A stretch of DNA of 60,467 nt from an uncultured Deferribacteres bacterium (GTDB lineage Bacteria; Zhuqueibacterota; Zhuqueibacteria; Zhuqueibacterales; Geothermadaptataceae). A model generated the notes under the pieces. The model worked only from the letters and a program-made list of their open reading frames with translations. It was not told the DNA's origin and ran no database searches. This document shows positions 28,095-39,618 of this stretch, in pieces. Both the position numbers and the translations under genes were made by a program. Positions within the stretch are counted from its first letter, which is position 1; every line of letters starts with the position of its first letter. The stretch spans positions 1 through 60,467 of the forward strand of contig CAXHAT010000015.1 in assembly GCA_964014485.1 (NCBI GenBank). Reading direction: 5' to 3'.

Positions 28095-28195
28095 GATTGT
28101 ACTTCCTTTTTTTGTGAAATAGTAATTTTGAACTAAAACTAGGCGATACCTAAATCCTATATATTTTGAGGCAGCCTAGCAGAATTTCAAATCAA

Positions 28196-31100
28196 TCAAC
28201 TACACCCGCTCGTACTGCCGCAAGTGATGCATTTGAGACAGGTGCCGTTGCGCACCATGGTGAGGCTGCCGCAGGCGTCGCAGATGTCGCCGGTGTAGCC
28301 TTGCAGTTTGGCGGCGGCGATTTTGTCGGTCGCGCCGGTCTCGGCGGAGGCGGCGTTGCCGTTGGCGCTCACCTGCGGCGCCTGCGTCGGCGCGGTTTCT
28401 TCCACAACCGTCACTTGCACCTCGGCTACCGGGGTTTTGGCCGGGGAGTGCAGATCGGTAGCGCGCAGAGAATTGCCGTTTTCCATGTGTGACAGATCCG
28501 TGCGGTCGAGGTAGGTAATCGCCAATTCGCGGAAGAGGTAATCAATCACGGAAGTCGTCATTTTGATTTGATCATTGCCGCCGACAATACCGTTCGGCTC
28601 AAAGCGCGTAAACACGAAGGCGTCGACGAACTCTTCCAGCGGGACGCCGTGCTGCAAACCGAGCGAGACCGCAATGGCGAAACAGTTCATCAGGCTGCGA
28701 AAGGCAGCGCCCTCCTTGTGCATGTCGATAAAAATCTCGCCGAGTTGGCCGCTGTCGTATTCGCCGGTGCGCAGGTAAACGTTGTGTCCCGCGATGGTAG
28801 CTTTTTGGGTATAGCCGCGACGACGGTGGGGCAGTTTGCGGCGCTTGGCGATGTAGCGCGTCACCACCTTTTCCACCACTTTGGCAATCTTTTCTTCCAC
28901 GGCTTTTTCGTCGTAGTCTTCCAGTAAATCTTCCACAAAAGTATCATCAGAGACGGAATTGAGCGGCTGGCTGAGCTTGGAGCCGTCGCGGTAAAGGGCG
29001 TTCGCTTTCAGGCCAAGCCGCCAGGATTTGTGGTAGGCTTTTTTGAATTCATCCACAGTCGCCTCATAAGGCAGATTGATGGTTTTCGAAATGGCGCCGG
29101 AGATAAAGGGTTGAGCGGCGGCCATCATTTCAATGTGCCCGTCCGCGCTGATGTAGCGCGTGCCTTTTTTGCCGCATTTGTTGGCGGTGTCGAAGACCGG
29201 GTAGTGCTCCGGCTTCAAATGCGGCGCGCCTTCAACGGTCATCGTGCCGCAAACGTAATCGTTGGCTTCGGCGATTTGCCCGCGCGTGAAGCCCAGTACT
29301 TCGAGCATGTTGAAGCCGGGATCGTTTAGCTGTTTTTCGCTAAAGCCAAGTTTGTCTTTGCAAAAATCCGCGCCGAAGGTCCACTGATTGAAAACAAAGC
29401 CGATTTCGAATGCGCCGGGCAGCTCTTTTTCCAATTTCTCCAGCTCAGCATCGCGAAACCCCTTGGCGCGCAGGTTTTCGGCGTTGATGTGCGGACAGCC
29501 CGCCAGCGTCGCGCGGCCTTTGGCGTAGGCGATGATTTCATCAATTTGCGCTTGTGAATAGCCGAGCTTTTTGAGCGCCGGCGGAATCGATTGGTTGATG
29601 ATTTTAAAGTAGCCGCCCCCTGCAAGTTTTTTGAATTTGACCAGCGCAAAATCCGGCTCGATGCCGGTGGTGTCACAATCCATCACCAAGCCGATGGTTC
29701 CGGTAGGAGCGATGCATGTAACCTGTGCGTTACGGTAGCCGTTTTTCTCGCCCAATTCCACGGCGCGGTCGGCGTCTTTGCGCGCAGCTTGCAGGAGATA
29801 GTCGGGACAATGCTTTTCGTCAATTCCGACGGGGAGAATGCTGAGATTTTCATAATCGCTTTTGGCGGCGTTGTAGGCGGCGCGACGGTGGTTGCGCAGG
29901 ACGCGGAGCATGGAGTCGGCGTTTTTCTTGTAGCCGGGAAATGCGCCGAGTTCGCCCGCCATTTCAGCGGAAGTCGCGTAGGAACGCATGTGCATGATCG
30001 CGGTGATGGCGCCGGAAATGGCGCGCGCTTGCGGCGAATCGTAGGGCAGCCCCATCATCATCGCCAGCGTGCCGAGATTGGCGTAGCCAAGACCGAGGGT
30101 GCGATATTTATAGGAAAGCTCGGCGATTTCCTTGCTGGGAAACTGCGCCATGAGCACGGAAATTTCGAGCACGATGGTCCACAAATGCGTAGCGCAGCGG
30201 AAATCTTCGACCTGAAACGTCTCGCTCTCGGCGTCATAATATTTCATCAAATTGAGCGAGGCGAGGTTGCAATTATGCGCGATCATGCCTTCCGCGATGA
30301 CCGAATGCGTTACGGGTTCGGTTAGATCGTATACTGTCGCCTCGCCATCAGGCTCGATCGAAACGATATGAGACGGACGCGGGTTTTTGAGCGCGCCGCG
30401 AAACGGTTGTGCGACGATTTCGTTCGCCTGAGCATTTTTGGGCGCTGAGCAAGGGAATCCGATCAAGGCCATGAACTTGCGCGCCTGCCGATTATACATG
30501 TGTAGCTGACCTTGCGGATTCTTGCGGCCTTCCGGATGCGTCCAGGTGATTCTACTGGCCATTCCAAAGTCCGCCAGCAAGAGTTGAACCGAGCGCAAAA
30601 GTTCCGGAGACGACGAAGCCAGCATGACTTCCCTTTCGGTCGCGGATTCACGGATGCAGCCGTCCGCCGAAAACAAGCCCTGCAACCAGGCGACTTTCAG
30701 GTCATCGGCGACGCGGTGGATAGCGCCAGGGACGTCTTTGTGAGTAGCCGTGCCTTGCCGCAAGCCGTAGTGCTCCTGCAAGTAATGCACGACTGACTGT
30801 GCCTTCGAAGAAATTTGCATAACGCCGTTCGCCTGCGTTCCAAGCGTGCAGGGACGAACTTTGATAGTTGAACGATCAAATTCAGCGGCGTCATTAAGCA
30901 GTTGGTTGAAATGTTTTTCCATCAACCTAGCCGTTTCTCCTTCCTCAGGTCCGAAAACGAGCATAGCAACGTCTTGTGAAAAAACGCCGTCGCCAGTCAG
31001 CCAGCCCAACATGCGCCATCTTTCCACCTCGGCTTCAGAAGAGCCGAAGGTTACGGGATTTCCGGTTTTGCGAATTTGCACCCGGTCGCCGCCGACTTGC

Positions 31101-33460
31101 AGCTCATCGAGGCGCTTCCACTCTCCTGCGTCAGTGAGAAAACGATGATCCTCAGTCACGCGGATCGAGCGCCCGTCCTTCAAAGTCATTCTGAAAATCT
31201 GACGCTTCCCGACTTTCGTCACAATGGCCGGACGGTGAACAAGAACGCGGCGATGGTCATTCTCAGAATATAATTCCGTTGTGATGAGCACTTTTTCACC
31301 CTGTTCCTGCGCTTTATACAAAGCCGCGACAGGCCGTAGACCGTTGGGCGTACTGATTCGGGTTTCAGGCGCAAAACACGCCGTATTGTCAAGGAACATG
31401 TACTCGCTGCAAGGATTTGAGGCGCGAATCTCGCCGTCTTCCGGGCAGGTGTGCCATTCGTTGATGGTATCGTGGAATTGCAGGCCGGGGTCGGCGCAAG
31501 ACCAGGCGGCGTAGGCAATGTCGTCCCACAAGTCAGCCGCGTTCAAGCTTTTCAGCGCTTTGGGCGCGCGTTTTTCTTTCTCAGCGATGCGCTTTTCGAT
31601 GCGCCCGTAAAGCGGCCAGGATTTGTCTTCCACTGAAGCTTGCATGAAATCGTTAGTAACACGCACGGAGTTGTTGGAGTTTTGACCGGAGACCGTCAGA
31701 TAAGCGTCGGAGTTCCAGTCGGTCGTATAAGTCGGGAACTCGATGCCGGTATAGCCCATTCTCGCCAATTGCAAAACGCGCTCAATGTAGTTTTCCGGCG
31801 CGCGGCTCTTGCGCGCTTCGACGACGGCCTTCGCCAAGGGGCGATTGCGTTTCTTATCGAATTTCGCTTCGGGATCGTTTTCAGCCAAACCGTTGCCGTT
31901 CACTTGTCCGTTCGACACTTTTTCCGGCTTGAAATCGTTGCAAGCCGCAAAAATAGCGTTCAATGCGTCCGAGAGCACTTTTGAGCCGGCAACTAAAGAC
32001 GCGACTTTTTGCTCTTCGATGACTTTCCAGTTGATGTACTCCTTGATTTCCGGATGATCGATGTCCAGCGTCACCATTTTCGCGGCGCGTCTTGTTGTCC
32101 CGCCGCTCTTGATGGCGCCCGCCGCTCTGTCGCCGATGCGCAGAAAACTCATGAGTCCTGAAGAACGCCCGCCGCCGCTGAGCATCTCGCCTTCGCCGCG
32201 AATATTGGAGAAATTCGTGCCTGTGCCGGAACCGTATTTGAACAGGCGCGCTTCCCGCACCCATAAATCCATAATCCCGCCCTCGCCGACGAGATCGTCT
32301 TCGATGGATTGGATGAAACAATTATGGACGACAACATTGTTCGATAAATACTGACTGCTGTGTGTCTGAATGTCGTAAACGTCCATTTCGCCCAAGTGCT
32401 CGATTCGCAGGATCGCTTCCTCGCGGATGTTTGGCAGGCCTTCCCCGGAAGGAACGAAGCCGCGATCCGCTTCTTCTGAATCTTGGCCGAAAAATCCATC
32501 ACTTTGCGACGTTCCCGCCAATGAGGTTTCGGCACGCGCGGTTTCGAAAGTACAGAGCTTGTTTTCTTTAATATCGGTTCTTTGAAAAAGCCGCATACCG
32601 GCATGCAATTCATCGATTCTTACCCACCGCGGCTCGATCCCGGACACGTAGGTTGCTTTTACCAGATGATCCGCCGTGGCTTCGATATAATTGTTGTTTT
32701 CAAGAACAACGCGATAGACCGGCTTCTTGCCGTTTGCCTTCACTGCTGCAACTCTCGTTTCGCCAGTCTCATCATAAATTCTTAAACCAAGCATTTCTTC
32801 TTCAACGATTCGGCCTATCGGGATCGGCCCGCGAGGCGTGCTGACTAGGGCGTGATAGGGCTGGCACGCGTGAGGCTGCGGACGCGTGTAGGCGTCTTTT
32901 GATTTTTTAACCTTGCCGGTTTTGGCGTCAACGTAGAAGTGTCCTTGGGCGGGGCCGTCAATACCGTAGGCCCAGTTGAGACCCGTGTTAAACCATTGCG
33001 GCGAGTTGGGGGCGACCATTTGGTTGGCGAGCATGTACATCAACTCGTCGTAGTAAGCGCGTGCGTCAGATTCGGCGTCAAAATAACCGTGTTTCCACCC
33101 CCAGTAAGTCCAGGTTCCGGCCATGCGGTGGAAAACCTGGCGAGCGTTTTTTTCGTGGGTAAATCGTTCTTCTTGCGTTAATTTTTCGAGCGCTTCTTCA
33201 TCAGGTTTTGAAGACTGCAGCCATTCGGGTACGTCTTTTTCCGCCACGTGAACTGTTGCCGCAGGAACCCCTGCTTTGCGAAAATATTTTTGGGCAATGA
33301 TGTCCGTCGCGACTTGCGACCAACTTTTCGGCGTTGCAATGTCATTCATTTCAAAGATGACCGAGCCGTCGGGATTGCGAATGACTGAAGATCGTGTTTC
33401 AAAGGGGATCTCGGCGAGGGGGTCTCGTTTTTCCTGCGTGAAGCGGCGGGAAATGTGCAT
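28196..33460 (-). CDS. nrdJ: Class II (adenosylcobalamin-dependent) ribonucleotide reductase with two inteins
   Basis: [29 protein letters not shown], a TSCPD-like region and C-terminal CxxC pairs; 1203 aa after splicing. Confidence 0.96.
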   Translation of the reverse strand: MHISRRFTQEKRDPLAEIPFETRSSVIRNPDGSVIFEMNDIATPKSWSQVATDIIAQKYFRKAGVPAATVHVAEKDVPEWLQSSKPDEEALEKLTQEERFTHEKNARQVFHRMAGTWTYWGWKHGYFDAESDARAYYDELMYMLANQMVAPNSPQWFNTGLNWAYGIDGPAQGHFYVDAKTGKVKKSKDAYTRPQPHACQPYHALVSTPRGPIPIGRIVEEEMLGLRIYDETGETRVAAVKANGKKPVYRVVLENNNYIEATADHLVKATYVSGIEPRWVRIDELHAGMRLFQRTDIKENKLCTFETARAETSLAGTSQSDGFFGQDSEEADRGFVPSGEGLPNIREEAILRIEHLGEMDVYDIQTHSSQYLSNNVVVHNCFIQSIEDDLVGEGGIMDLWVREARLFKYGSGTGTNFSNIRGEGEMLSGGGRSSGLMSFLRIGDRAAGAIKSGGTTRRAAKMVTLDIDHPEIKEYINWKVIEEQKVASLVAGSKVLSDALNAIFAACNDFKPEKVSNGQVNGNGLAENDPEAKFDKKRNRPLAKAVVEARKSRAPENYIERVLQLARMGYTGIEFPTYTTDWNSDAYLTVSGQNSNNSVRVTNDFMQASVEDKSWPLYGRIEKRIAEKEKRAPKALKSLNAADLWDDIAYAAWSCADPGLQFHDTINEWHTCPEDGEIRASNPCSEYMFLDNTACFAPETRISTPNGLRPVAALYKAQEQGEKVLITTELYSENDHRRVLVHRPAIVTKVGKRQIFRMTLKDGRSIRVTEDHRFLTDAGEWKRLDELQVGGDRVQIRKTGNPVTFGSSEAEVERWRMLGWLTGDGVFSQDVAMLVFGPEEGETARLMEKHFNQLLNDAAEFDRSTIKVRPCTLGTQANGVMQISSKAQSVVHYLQEHYGLRQGTATHKDVPGAIHRVADDLKVAWLQGLFSADGCIRESATEREVMLASSSPELLRSVQLLLADFGMASRITWTHPEGRKNPQGQLHMYNRQARKFMALIGFPCSAPKNAQANEIVAQPFRGALKNPRPSHIVSIEPDGEATVYDLTEPVTHSVIAEGMIAHNCNLASLNLMKYYDAESETFQVEDFRCATHLWTIVLEISVLMAQFPSKEIAELSYKYRTLGLGYANLGTLAMMMGLPYDSPQARAISGAITAIMHMRSYATSAEMAGELGAFPGYKKNADSMLRVLRNHRRAAYNAAKSDYENLSILPVGIDEKHCPDYLLQAARKDADRAVELGEKNGYRNAQVTCIAPTGTIGLVMDCDTTGIEPDFALVKFKKLAGGGYFKIINQSIPPALKKLGYSQAQIDEIIAYAKGRATLAGCPHINAENLRAKGFRDAELEKLEKELPGAFEIGFVFNQWTFGADFCKDKLGFSEKQLNDPGFNMLEVLGFTRGQIAEANDYVCGTMTVEGAPHLKPEHYPVFDTANKCGKKGTRYISADGHIEMMAAAQPFISGAISKTINLPYEATVDEFKKAYHKSWRLGLKANALYRDGSKLSQPLNSVSDDTFVEDLLEDYDEKAVEEKIAKVVEKVVTRYIAKRRKLPHRRRGYTQKATIAGHNVYLRTGEYDSGQLGEIFIDMHKEGAAFRSLMNCFAIAVSLGLQHGVPLEEFVDAFVFTRFEPNGIVGGNDQIKMTTSVIDYLFRELAITYLDRTDLSHMENGNSLRATDLHSPAKTPVAEVQVTVVEETAPTQAPQVSANGNAASAETGATDKIAAAKLQGYTGDICDACGSLTMVRNGTCLKCITCGSTSGCS
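30272..31378 (-). mobile_element. Intein with a LAGLIDADG homing endonuclease (369 aa)
   Basis: [12 protein letters not shown]...VTEDH...LGWLTGDG...LQGLFSADG...[11 protein letters not shown]. Confidence 0.94.
32321..32866 (-). mobile_element. Mini-intein (182 aa)
   Basis: [12 protein letters not shown]...ATADH...VYDIQT...VVHN|CFIQ; no LAGLIDADG motif. Confidence 0.92.
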
Positions 33461-33803
33461 ACTTCTCTCCTGTTGAAGGTTGTTCCGTGCTGGAGTTTAG
33501 GTTGAGTTGAATGAAAAAGATCAGAATTAGTAAGAGCGCAAATTCTGACAAAGATTGGACTCCCTGCCCAAACAAAGAAGCGGTGCAAAGATGAGCGCGA
33601 ACAGGCGAGACAGTCTGGTTTGGATCGGCAAAACTATCCTGTCGGGAACGGTATGGTTAGCGAGTATGGGTGCTGGAACGTGCCGGGGAAATTTGATCCT
33701 AAGAGAAAATTTAAATAGAGCTTTATCCCTTACATTTTGCCGAAAAATCATAATAATTTCATTGACGAAATGCAAGACCTAAAACTTGCTTTTTTAAAAT
33801 CAC

Positions 33804-33851
33804 ATACAATATATAGTATGCGGTCATGTCAAGCACACCTATATACAGGCA
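33804..33851. promoter_or_regulatory. Tandem NrdR boxes
   Basis: ATACAATATATAGTAT (33804) and CACCTATATACAGGCA (33836), 32 bp apart and upstream of nrdJ; both fit the CwATATATwG core, the second with 1 mismatch. Confidence 0.8.
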
Positions 33852-33892
33852 CGATCTTAGGATTGCGGGAAGAAATGTGACATAAATTTTAC

Positions 33893-36745
33893 TTAGGATA
33901 CGGCAGCAGGTACGGGCTCAGGTTCATTCGCAAGCGCTTGCTCTATTTTTTGCAAAAACTGCTCGGTATTAAACGGCTTTTGCAGAAAACCGGCAAGTCC
34001 TTTGCCCTCAAAACGTGGGGTGATTTCGTGCTCGCTATACCCGCTGAGAAGGATAACGGGAATATCACCGCGAATCTTCTTTAGCGCACGGAACGTTTCT
34101 TCGCCGCTCAGGCGAGGCATGGTCAAATCCAAAAGAATCAGCCGGATTTGCGCACAATGCTCCAAAAACTTTTCGAGACCGTCCTCGCCGTCAAATCCAG
34201 TAACGACGCGAAATCCGGCCTGTTCAAGCATTTTGCGGCCAATCGCGCGCACCGTTTCATCATCATCAATTAAGAGCACCATGCCGGAGCCGCGCCATGA
34301 GTTTGACGGCATTTCTTCGATCACAACGGGCGAGTTCATGTTTTCTCCGGATATAGGAAACAACACGCGCACAACCGTACCGCGATTCGGCTTGCTTGTG
34401 ATTTTGATCGCCCCTTTGTGGCCGCGGACGATTCCCAAAACCGCAGCAAGTCCAAGCCCGCGCCCGGTGAATTTTGTTGAAAAGAAAGGGTCGAAAATTT
34501 TGTCGAGCGTTTCTTCGTCCATGCCGCAGCCGGAGTCCTCCACCTCGAAAAAAGCGTAAGCGCCGTCCGGCAGGTCGTCGTCAAGGTATGTGTCGCGCAG
34601 ATCATCCGCTGAGCACTCGGCGACGCCGGTGGAAATTCGAATGACGCCGCTCCTGTCTCCGAGCGCTTCCGAAGCGTTGATAATCAAATTCATCATAATT
34701 TGTTTGATCTGCGAAGCGTCGGCATGGATTCGCGGCATGTTGGAAGAAAAATCGTAATTGATCACCGCCTTTTTAGAAATTGAAACTTCCAGAAGGTGGG
34801 AGATTTCTCGCATAAGCTGCGAAATATCAACAGACTGCACCATAAATCTGCCCTTGCCGGAATACGCAAGCATTTGCCGGCAAAGCTCAGCGGCTTGTTG
34901 CGCCGACTTTTCAATGCTCTTCAGATACGAGACCGTTTCAGACTCCGGCGGCAACTCAAACTGCGCCAGACTAGCATTCCCGATCATGCCGGTCAACAGA
35001 TTGTTAAAATCGTGCGCCACCCCTCCGGCAAGAACGCCCAGGCTTTCAAGTTTTTGAGCATGCTGCATTTGCAAAGTGAGCTTTTCGCGTTCTTCCTCCG
35101 CCTTTTTCCGATCTCGAACATCACGTCCGACAAAGGCGATGGACAGGGGCTTTTCCGAGTCTTTGCCATAAATGATAAAAGCGTTGACGTCGCAGGGAAT
35201 GATCTCTTCACTGCCAAATCGCTGAAATTCAATTTCTCCGCCCCAAACGCCGTTTTTATGCAAGTTTGGCAAAACTTCTTTCGCGATCCTTTCGCGTTCG
35301 TCGGGAGGGTGCAAATCCAGTATGTTTTTTCCGGTAACGCCACCTCCCCCCAAGAGCTTCAAGCCCGTTGGGTTCATGTACTCGATTTCGCCTTCCAAAT
35401 TCGCGACGCTGATAATTTCCGCGCTGTTTTCGACGAGTGCTGCAAGTTTTCTCCGCTCTTTTTCCGCTTGTTTTCGGATCGTTATATCCAGAACGACGCC
35501 TTCATGTCCAACGATTTGGCCGTTCGCGTCTTTGAGCGCTCTGCAATAGGAAATGACATCGATAATTTTTCCGTCTTTGCGCTTAAAATTATACTCCAGT
35601 GCGGCAACCAAACCATCACCGTCATACTGTCCGTGCACAGCGGTTCTAATCGACGGATCAGGGTACAAATCCTGTGCGATGTTCACCCGTTTGAGTTCTT
35701 CGGCGGAATCGTAGCCCAGCATTTTGACAAACGCTGAATTGACGAGCGTAAATTTGCCTTTCTGCGTACTGCGGTAGACGCCAACGAGAGAGTTTTCAAA
35801 CAATGTTCTGTAGCGTCGTTCGCTTTGCTGTAATTTAGCATCCTTCTTGAGAAGCTCCGCTTCGGAAAAAATGCGTTCCATTTCCGCGCCGGCGCGAGCC
35901 GCCAGAATACGCAGGACGGATATGCGAGACGCCTCTTCGCTGAGCGGTTTATCGTGCAATAATGCAAGATGCCCGATCACTTTCATTCTGGAATTCATGA
36001 TCGGAACGCCCAAATAGCTCTGGGCGTTCAACTCCACTAAGTCTGGGTCGTTGGGAAAAAGCTCCTGAATTTTCTCTTTGAAAAAACAAGGCTTGCCGCC
36101 AATGACAGCGCGGCACGGCGTGTCCCGGGTCGTATATTCCAGGTTTGGCGCGAAGCCGTCCGTGTGCCAAAAAGCAAGCGTCTTTACTTTTTCCTTCGAA
36201 CCGTCAGCACATTCCGCGACAAATGCATAGCGTACGTTAAGTGCAAGGGCCAAGTGCTTGACCAGCGAACGAAAGAAATCCTGTCCAATGACGGCAGAAG
36301 TGCTTTCAACAATCATGCGCAGCAATTCATCGTTGCGCTTGCGTACAGAAATATCGCGCGCAATCGTATGCATAAACGGCTTGTCGCCAATGTAAAAAAC
36401 GCGATTACTGAATTCGGTATCGATTTTCACGCCGTCTTTGCGGAGTATTTTCGCAACGGAGGTAATTTCTTCCCCTGAAAATATCTTGTCATGAAATTGC
36501 TTAAAGGCATGCAAATCAACGTCTTCATGTAAATCGGGGATTCTTAGCTTCAACAGTTCTTCCCGGTTATAACCGGTTAAATGGCAGGCCGCACTGTTCA
36601 CGAGCGTAAATTTGGCGTCTGCGCGGCTTATGAAGATCGCGTCTCTTGAACTCTCGATAATATCATTTTTGAGTCTGAGGCGGCCTTCCAATTCTCCGAC
36701 TTTGCCTTCGAGGAGCCGAATGCGTTGTTCTAATTTTTCATGCAT
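33893..36745 (-). CDS. Hybrid sensor histidine kinase/response regulator (PAS-GAF-PAS-PAS-HK-REC)
   Basis: H-box GGVAHDFNNLL, NLIINASEA, DSGCGM, FDPFFSTK, GRGLGL; receiver LLDLTMP. Confidence 0.95.
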   Translation of the reverse strand: MHEKLEQRIRLLEGKVGELEGRLRLKNDIIESSRDAIFISRADAKFTLVNSAACHLTGYNREELLKLRIPDLHEDVDLHAFKQFHDKIFSGEEITSVAKILRKDGVKIDTEFSNRVFYIGDKPFMHTIARDISVRKRNDELLRMIVESTSAVIGQDFFRSLVKHLALALNVRYAFVAECADGSKEKVKTLAFWHTDGFAPNLEYTTRDTPCRAVIGGKPCFFKEKIQELFPNDPDLVELNAQSYLGVPIMNSRMKVIGHLALLHDKPLSEEASRISVLRILAARAGAEMERIFSEAELLKKDAKLQQSERRYRTLFENSLVGVYRSTQKGKFTLVNSAFVKMLGYDSAEELKRVNIAQDLYPDPSIRTAVHGQYDGDGLVAALEYNFKRKDGKIIDVISYCRALKDANGQIVGHEGVVLDITIRKQAEKERRKLAALVENSAEIISVANLEGEIEYMNPTGLKLLGGGGVTGKNILDLHPPDERERIAKEVLPNLHKNGVWGGEIEFQRFGSEEIIPCDVNAFIIYGKDSEKPLSIAFVGRDVRDRKKAEEEREKLTLQMQHAQKLESLGVLAGGVAHDFNNLLTGMIGNASLAQFELPPESETVSYLKSIEKSAQQAAELCRQMLAYSGKGRFMVQSVDISQLMREISHLLEVSISKKAVINYDFSSNMPRIHADASQIKQIMMNLIINASEALGDRSGVIRISTGVAECSADDLRDTYLDDDLPDGAYAFFEVEDSGCGMDEETLDKIFDPFFSTKFTGRGLGLAAVLGIVRGHKGAIKITSKPNRGTVVRVLFPISGENMNSPVVIEEMPSNSWRGSGMVLLIDDDETVRAIGRKMLEQAGFRVVTGFDGEDGLEKFLEHCAQIRLILLDLTMPRLSGEETFRALKKIRGDIPVILLSGYSEHEITPRFEGKGLAGFLQKPFNTEQFLQKIEQALANEPEPVPAAVS

Positions 36746-36772
36746 AAAATTGCCAGAAGATATTCGTTTTAT

Positions 36773-38686
36773 CTACGCTTGAGGCAGCTTCTTTTCTAAC
36801 TCAACAATTTGTACAACGGGTTGTTGAGCGGCGGGAAAAAAAATCCTGAATACAGCGCCTTCCCCTATTGCGGTTTCGATTTGCGCTGCGCCGCCGTGTT
36901 TCTGAACAATACTGGCAACAGCGGCGAGCCCCAAGCCGCGCCCCTGGGCTTTTGAGGTAAAAAACGGATCGAAAATGCGATCCAGCGTTTCGGGAGCTAT
37001 CCCGGGGCCGGTATCAGCGACCTCCAAAAACACATATTCACCGTACGGCCTGTTTGCACCGAAACGAACGTTTTTCATACGGCTGAAATCGCACGACGTC
37101 GCACCCGAGGAAACTGTGACTTCGCCAATGGCGTCGCCGATAGCTTCGGAAGCGTTAATGACAAGGTTCAGGACGATTTGTCGTATTTGCGTAACGTCAA
37201 CGATAACGTCGGGGATACTTTCGTCTAGCTCAAATACAAGCCGGACTTTTTTGAATACGGAAGCGTGCAAAAGAGACGAGACGTCTTCAATGAGCGTCGT
37301 CAAATTTGCATTTTGCACGACATAATCGCCCTTTCCGGAATAGGCCAACATCTGGCGGCACAATTCGGCGGCGCGCTTCGCAATTTGTTCAATCTTGGCA
37401 AGATAGTCAGAGACGTCTTCGCTCTTCTGCATTTCCATACGAGCAAATCCAGCGTAACCAAGAATCGTTGTCAAAAGATTGTTGAAATCGTGAGCGACGC
37501 CGCCCGCCAGCACGCCGAGGCTTTCAAACTTTTGCGCGTCCATAATCCTGGCTTCAAGACGGCGTCGCTCTTTTTGTGAAAGCTTGCGTTGGCTAACATC
37601 TCGGACAAGAAGTTGAAGCGCCGGCTTTCCATGAAAAGAAATTGCGGCGCCCATTAATTCGACCGCGACGCTGCCCCCGTCGACTCGCATAATTTTGCTT
37701 TCAATGATTTCAGACGGCGATCCGTCGACCTTCAATTCTTCAATATAATCTTTGGTTAACTCGTAATACGCCGGGTGTATAAAATCGGTCAACCCTTCGC
37801 CCATCAACATTTCTCGCGATTCCGCCCCAATCAAGCTGAGAAAAGAATTATTTGCGTAGGCCAAAACCCCGTCCATAAAAACGATGACCGCGTCCGGCGA
37901 ATGCTCGACCAGGCTTTGATAGCGTTGACGGCTTTCAGCCAGCGCAATTTCCGTTCGCTTGCGGTCTGTAATATCTCTAATAATCGTGAGCGCTTCATAC
38001 TTGCGCACAGGTACAATTTGCACTTCAAAATGCATGCGCTGGCCATTGGCGACGTGCGTTTTGTCGTACGTTTGAACGGCGCCCGTCGTTAGAGCTTTTT
38101 TCAAATATTCCATCCGCTCTTTTGCGGCGTTTTGGGGAAGAACGTCAAAAATGGTTTTACCGACAACTTGCCCTTCTTCGCGTTTACCTAAAGTTCTCCT
38201 GCCCGGAATGACCTCCAGATACTCGCCTTTTGCATTAACGCGATACATCCAGCCTGGCGTGATTTGCAGCAAATCGCGATAGCGTCGCTCATTTTTTTTG
38301 AGTTCTTCTTCAATTCTTTTCCTTTCAACAACCTCCTTTTGAAGCATGAAATTCGCCCGAGTAAACTCGCCGGTTCGCTTTGAAATTTCAACTTCCATCG
38401 TTCGCTTCAAATCGCTCATCTCACCGCCCGCCGCAGCCGACTTTTGGTATTCAGCCGCCAATTTCTTTCTGAACACAGCGGCAAAAAAAAGAGCGACAAG
38501 TGAGACAATAAGCCCAAGCGTCAAGAAGACGCTGCCGGGAAATAAAAAATGTAAAAAGATGAGAACGGGTATGAAGACGAGGCACAAAATAAACATCCAG
38601 GAAAGCTCGACGATTCGCGGCTCCGAACTTTTTATCCTGGTTGCCTTGCGCGATGCTTCGAACAAAGTCTTGGTACGCATTTCCAC
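36773..38686 (-). CDS. Membrane PAS sensor histidine kinase
   Basis: 2 TM segments, two PAS domains, AHDFNNLL, DTGPGI, GRGLGL. Confidence 0.93.
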   Translation of the reverse strand: MEMRTKTLFEASRKATRIKSSEPRIVELSWMFILCLVFIPVLIFLHFLFPGSVFLTLGLIVSLVALFFAAVFRKKLAAEYQKSAAAGGEMSDLKRTMEVEISKRTGEFTRANFMLQKEVVERKRIEEELKKNERRYRDLLQITPGWMYRVNAKGEYLEVIPGRRTLGKREEGQVVGKTIFDVLPQNAAKERMEYLKKALTTGAVQTYDKTHVANGQRMHFEVQIVPVRKYEALTIIRDITDRKRTEIALAESRQRYQSLVEHSPDAVIVFMDGVLAYANNSFLSLIGAESREMLMGEGLTDFIHPAYYELTKDYIEELKVDGSPSEIIESKIMRVDGGSVAVELMGAAISFHGKPALQLLVRDVSQRKLSQKERRRLEARIMDAQKFESLGVLAGGVAHDFNNLLTTILGYAGFARMEMQKSEDVSDYLAKIEQIAKRAAELCRQMLAYSGKGDYVVQNANLTTLIEDVSSLLHASVFKKVRLVFELDESIPDVIVDVTQIRQIVLNLVINASEAIGDAIGEVTVSSGATSCDFSRMKNVRFGANRPYGEYVFLEVADTGPGIAPETLDRIFDPFFTSKAQGRGLGLAAVASIVQKHGGAAQIETAIGEGAVFRIFFPAAQQPVVQIVELEKKLPQA

Positions 38687-38721
38687 ATCCCTATGGTTCA
38701 GCGTTGTCCGTTAACACATGG

Positions 38722-38926
38722 TTCACTACCTGACACTTTTTATAACAACGATGTGAGCGTCTCAAAAAGCCCAAAATTGTCATGCTGCAAGCATCTTTTT
38801 AGTCCTAACCCTTGAATTTTCGAGGAAAATCTGTGCTGGACGATAACAAAGATTCTTCCAGAATGACAACTCGGGGCTTTCTCGCCAGTTCTAAATCGCA
38901 ATTTGTAAAAAGTGTCAGGCGGTGAA
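38722..38926. mobile_element. MITE family A copy 3
   Basis: TTCACTACCTGACACTTTTT / AAAAAGTGTCAGGCGGTGAA; flanks ACACATGG / ATACATGG. Confidence 0.85.
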
Positions 38927-39066
38927 ATACATGGAGGAAAAATATGGTTTCAATTGAAAAAAGACGGCGGGAGAAGCTTAGTCAAAGATGACTGGCAAGA
39001 TAATACTGAGGCGAGAAAGAAACAAGTTTCCGAATTAAAATATTCAGTTAGCAAACCGCGCTTGCG

Positions 39067-39159
39067 GTCTTGATCAGGGGGTCATTCCGGAACCAACCGC
39101 TTCAGCGTTTGAGCGCAGCTTGCCGTCACTGACGACGACGAATCGTCGCACTCCGAAAA
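39067..39159. repeat. Dispersed palindromic repeat, copy 2
   Basis: Homologous to 5156-5247. Confidence 0.75.
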
Positions 39160-39181
39160 AAGTTGCTCAAAAACGACGGCA

Positions 39182-39355
39182 TTTACTACCTGACGTTTTT
39201 TGTGAATCGAAACTTTGAACTGTCAAAAAGTCTCGTTTTGGCATTCTGCAGAGCCGAAGGCCGGCGAAGCAAAATCTTTGTTATCACCCGGCAATGACTC
39301 GCACTCAAAGCTCAAGGGTTAGGCTAAAAAAAGACGCTTCCAGAATGAAAATTAA
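39182..39355. mobile_element. MITE family A, inverted truncated copy
   Basis: Starts with the reverse complement of the family A right end and contains the inverted core; cut off where the next repeat begins. Confidence 0.72.
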
Positions 39356-39357
39356 TT

Positions 39358-39449
39358 CTCGTTCCCAGTCTCTGAATTTGGGGCGTAATTGTACTCGAAA
39401 CTGGAGTCTCTCGCCTATTTTCATCCCCAAACCGAAGTTTGGGAACGAG
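39358..39449. repeat. REP-like CTCGTTCCC..GGGAACGAG element
   Basis: Terminal CTCGTTCCCA / TGGGAACGAG with internal CGAAACTGGAGT; related to 996-1051. Confidence 0.72.
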
Positions 39450-39618
39450 CTGCAAAATCTCCTTCTTGCTTTTCGGCGGAACAGCTTTCCGGTATTATCA
39501 AAGTCACACGTCATCAAGATGCGTGTTATACCAAGCTTCCTTGCCCCCAGAAAATAAGTTGCGGACAAGCTCTGGAGACGGTTCTACTCATTGCAAATTC
39601 GCCGACTCATCCTTGGGT

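Noticed and set aside
26473..28190. TA/YfbU cluster as an integron cassette array
   Set aside because: No integrase and no paired RYYYAAC..GTTRRRY attC sites; the antitoxin genes are nearly abutting.
33461..33800. Cobalamin riboswitch upstream of nrdJ
   Set aside because: No recognisable B12-box or GGGAA/GCCACTG motifs in the sense orientation; NrdR boxes explain the regulation.
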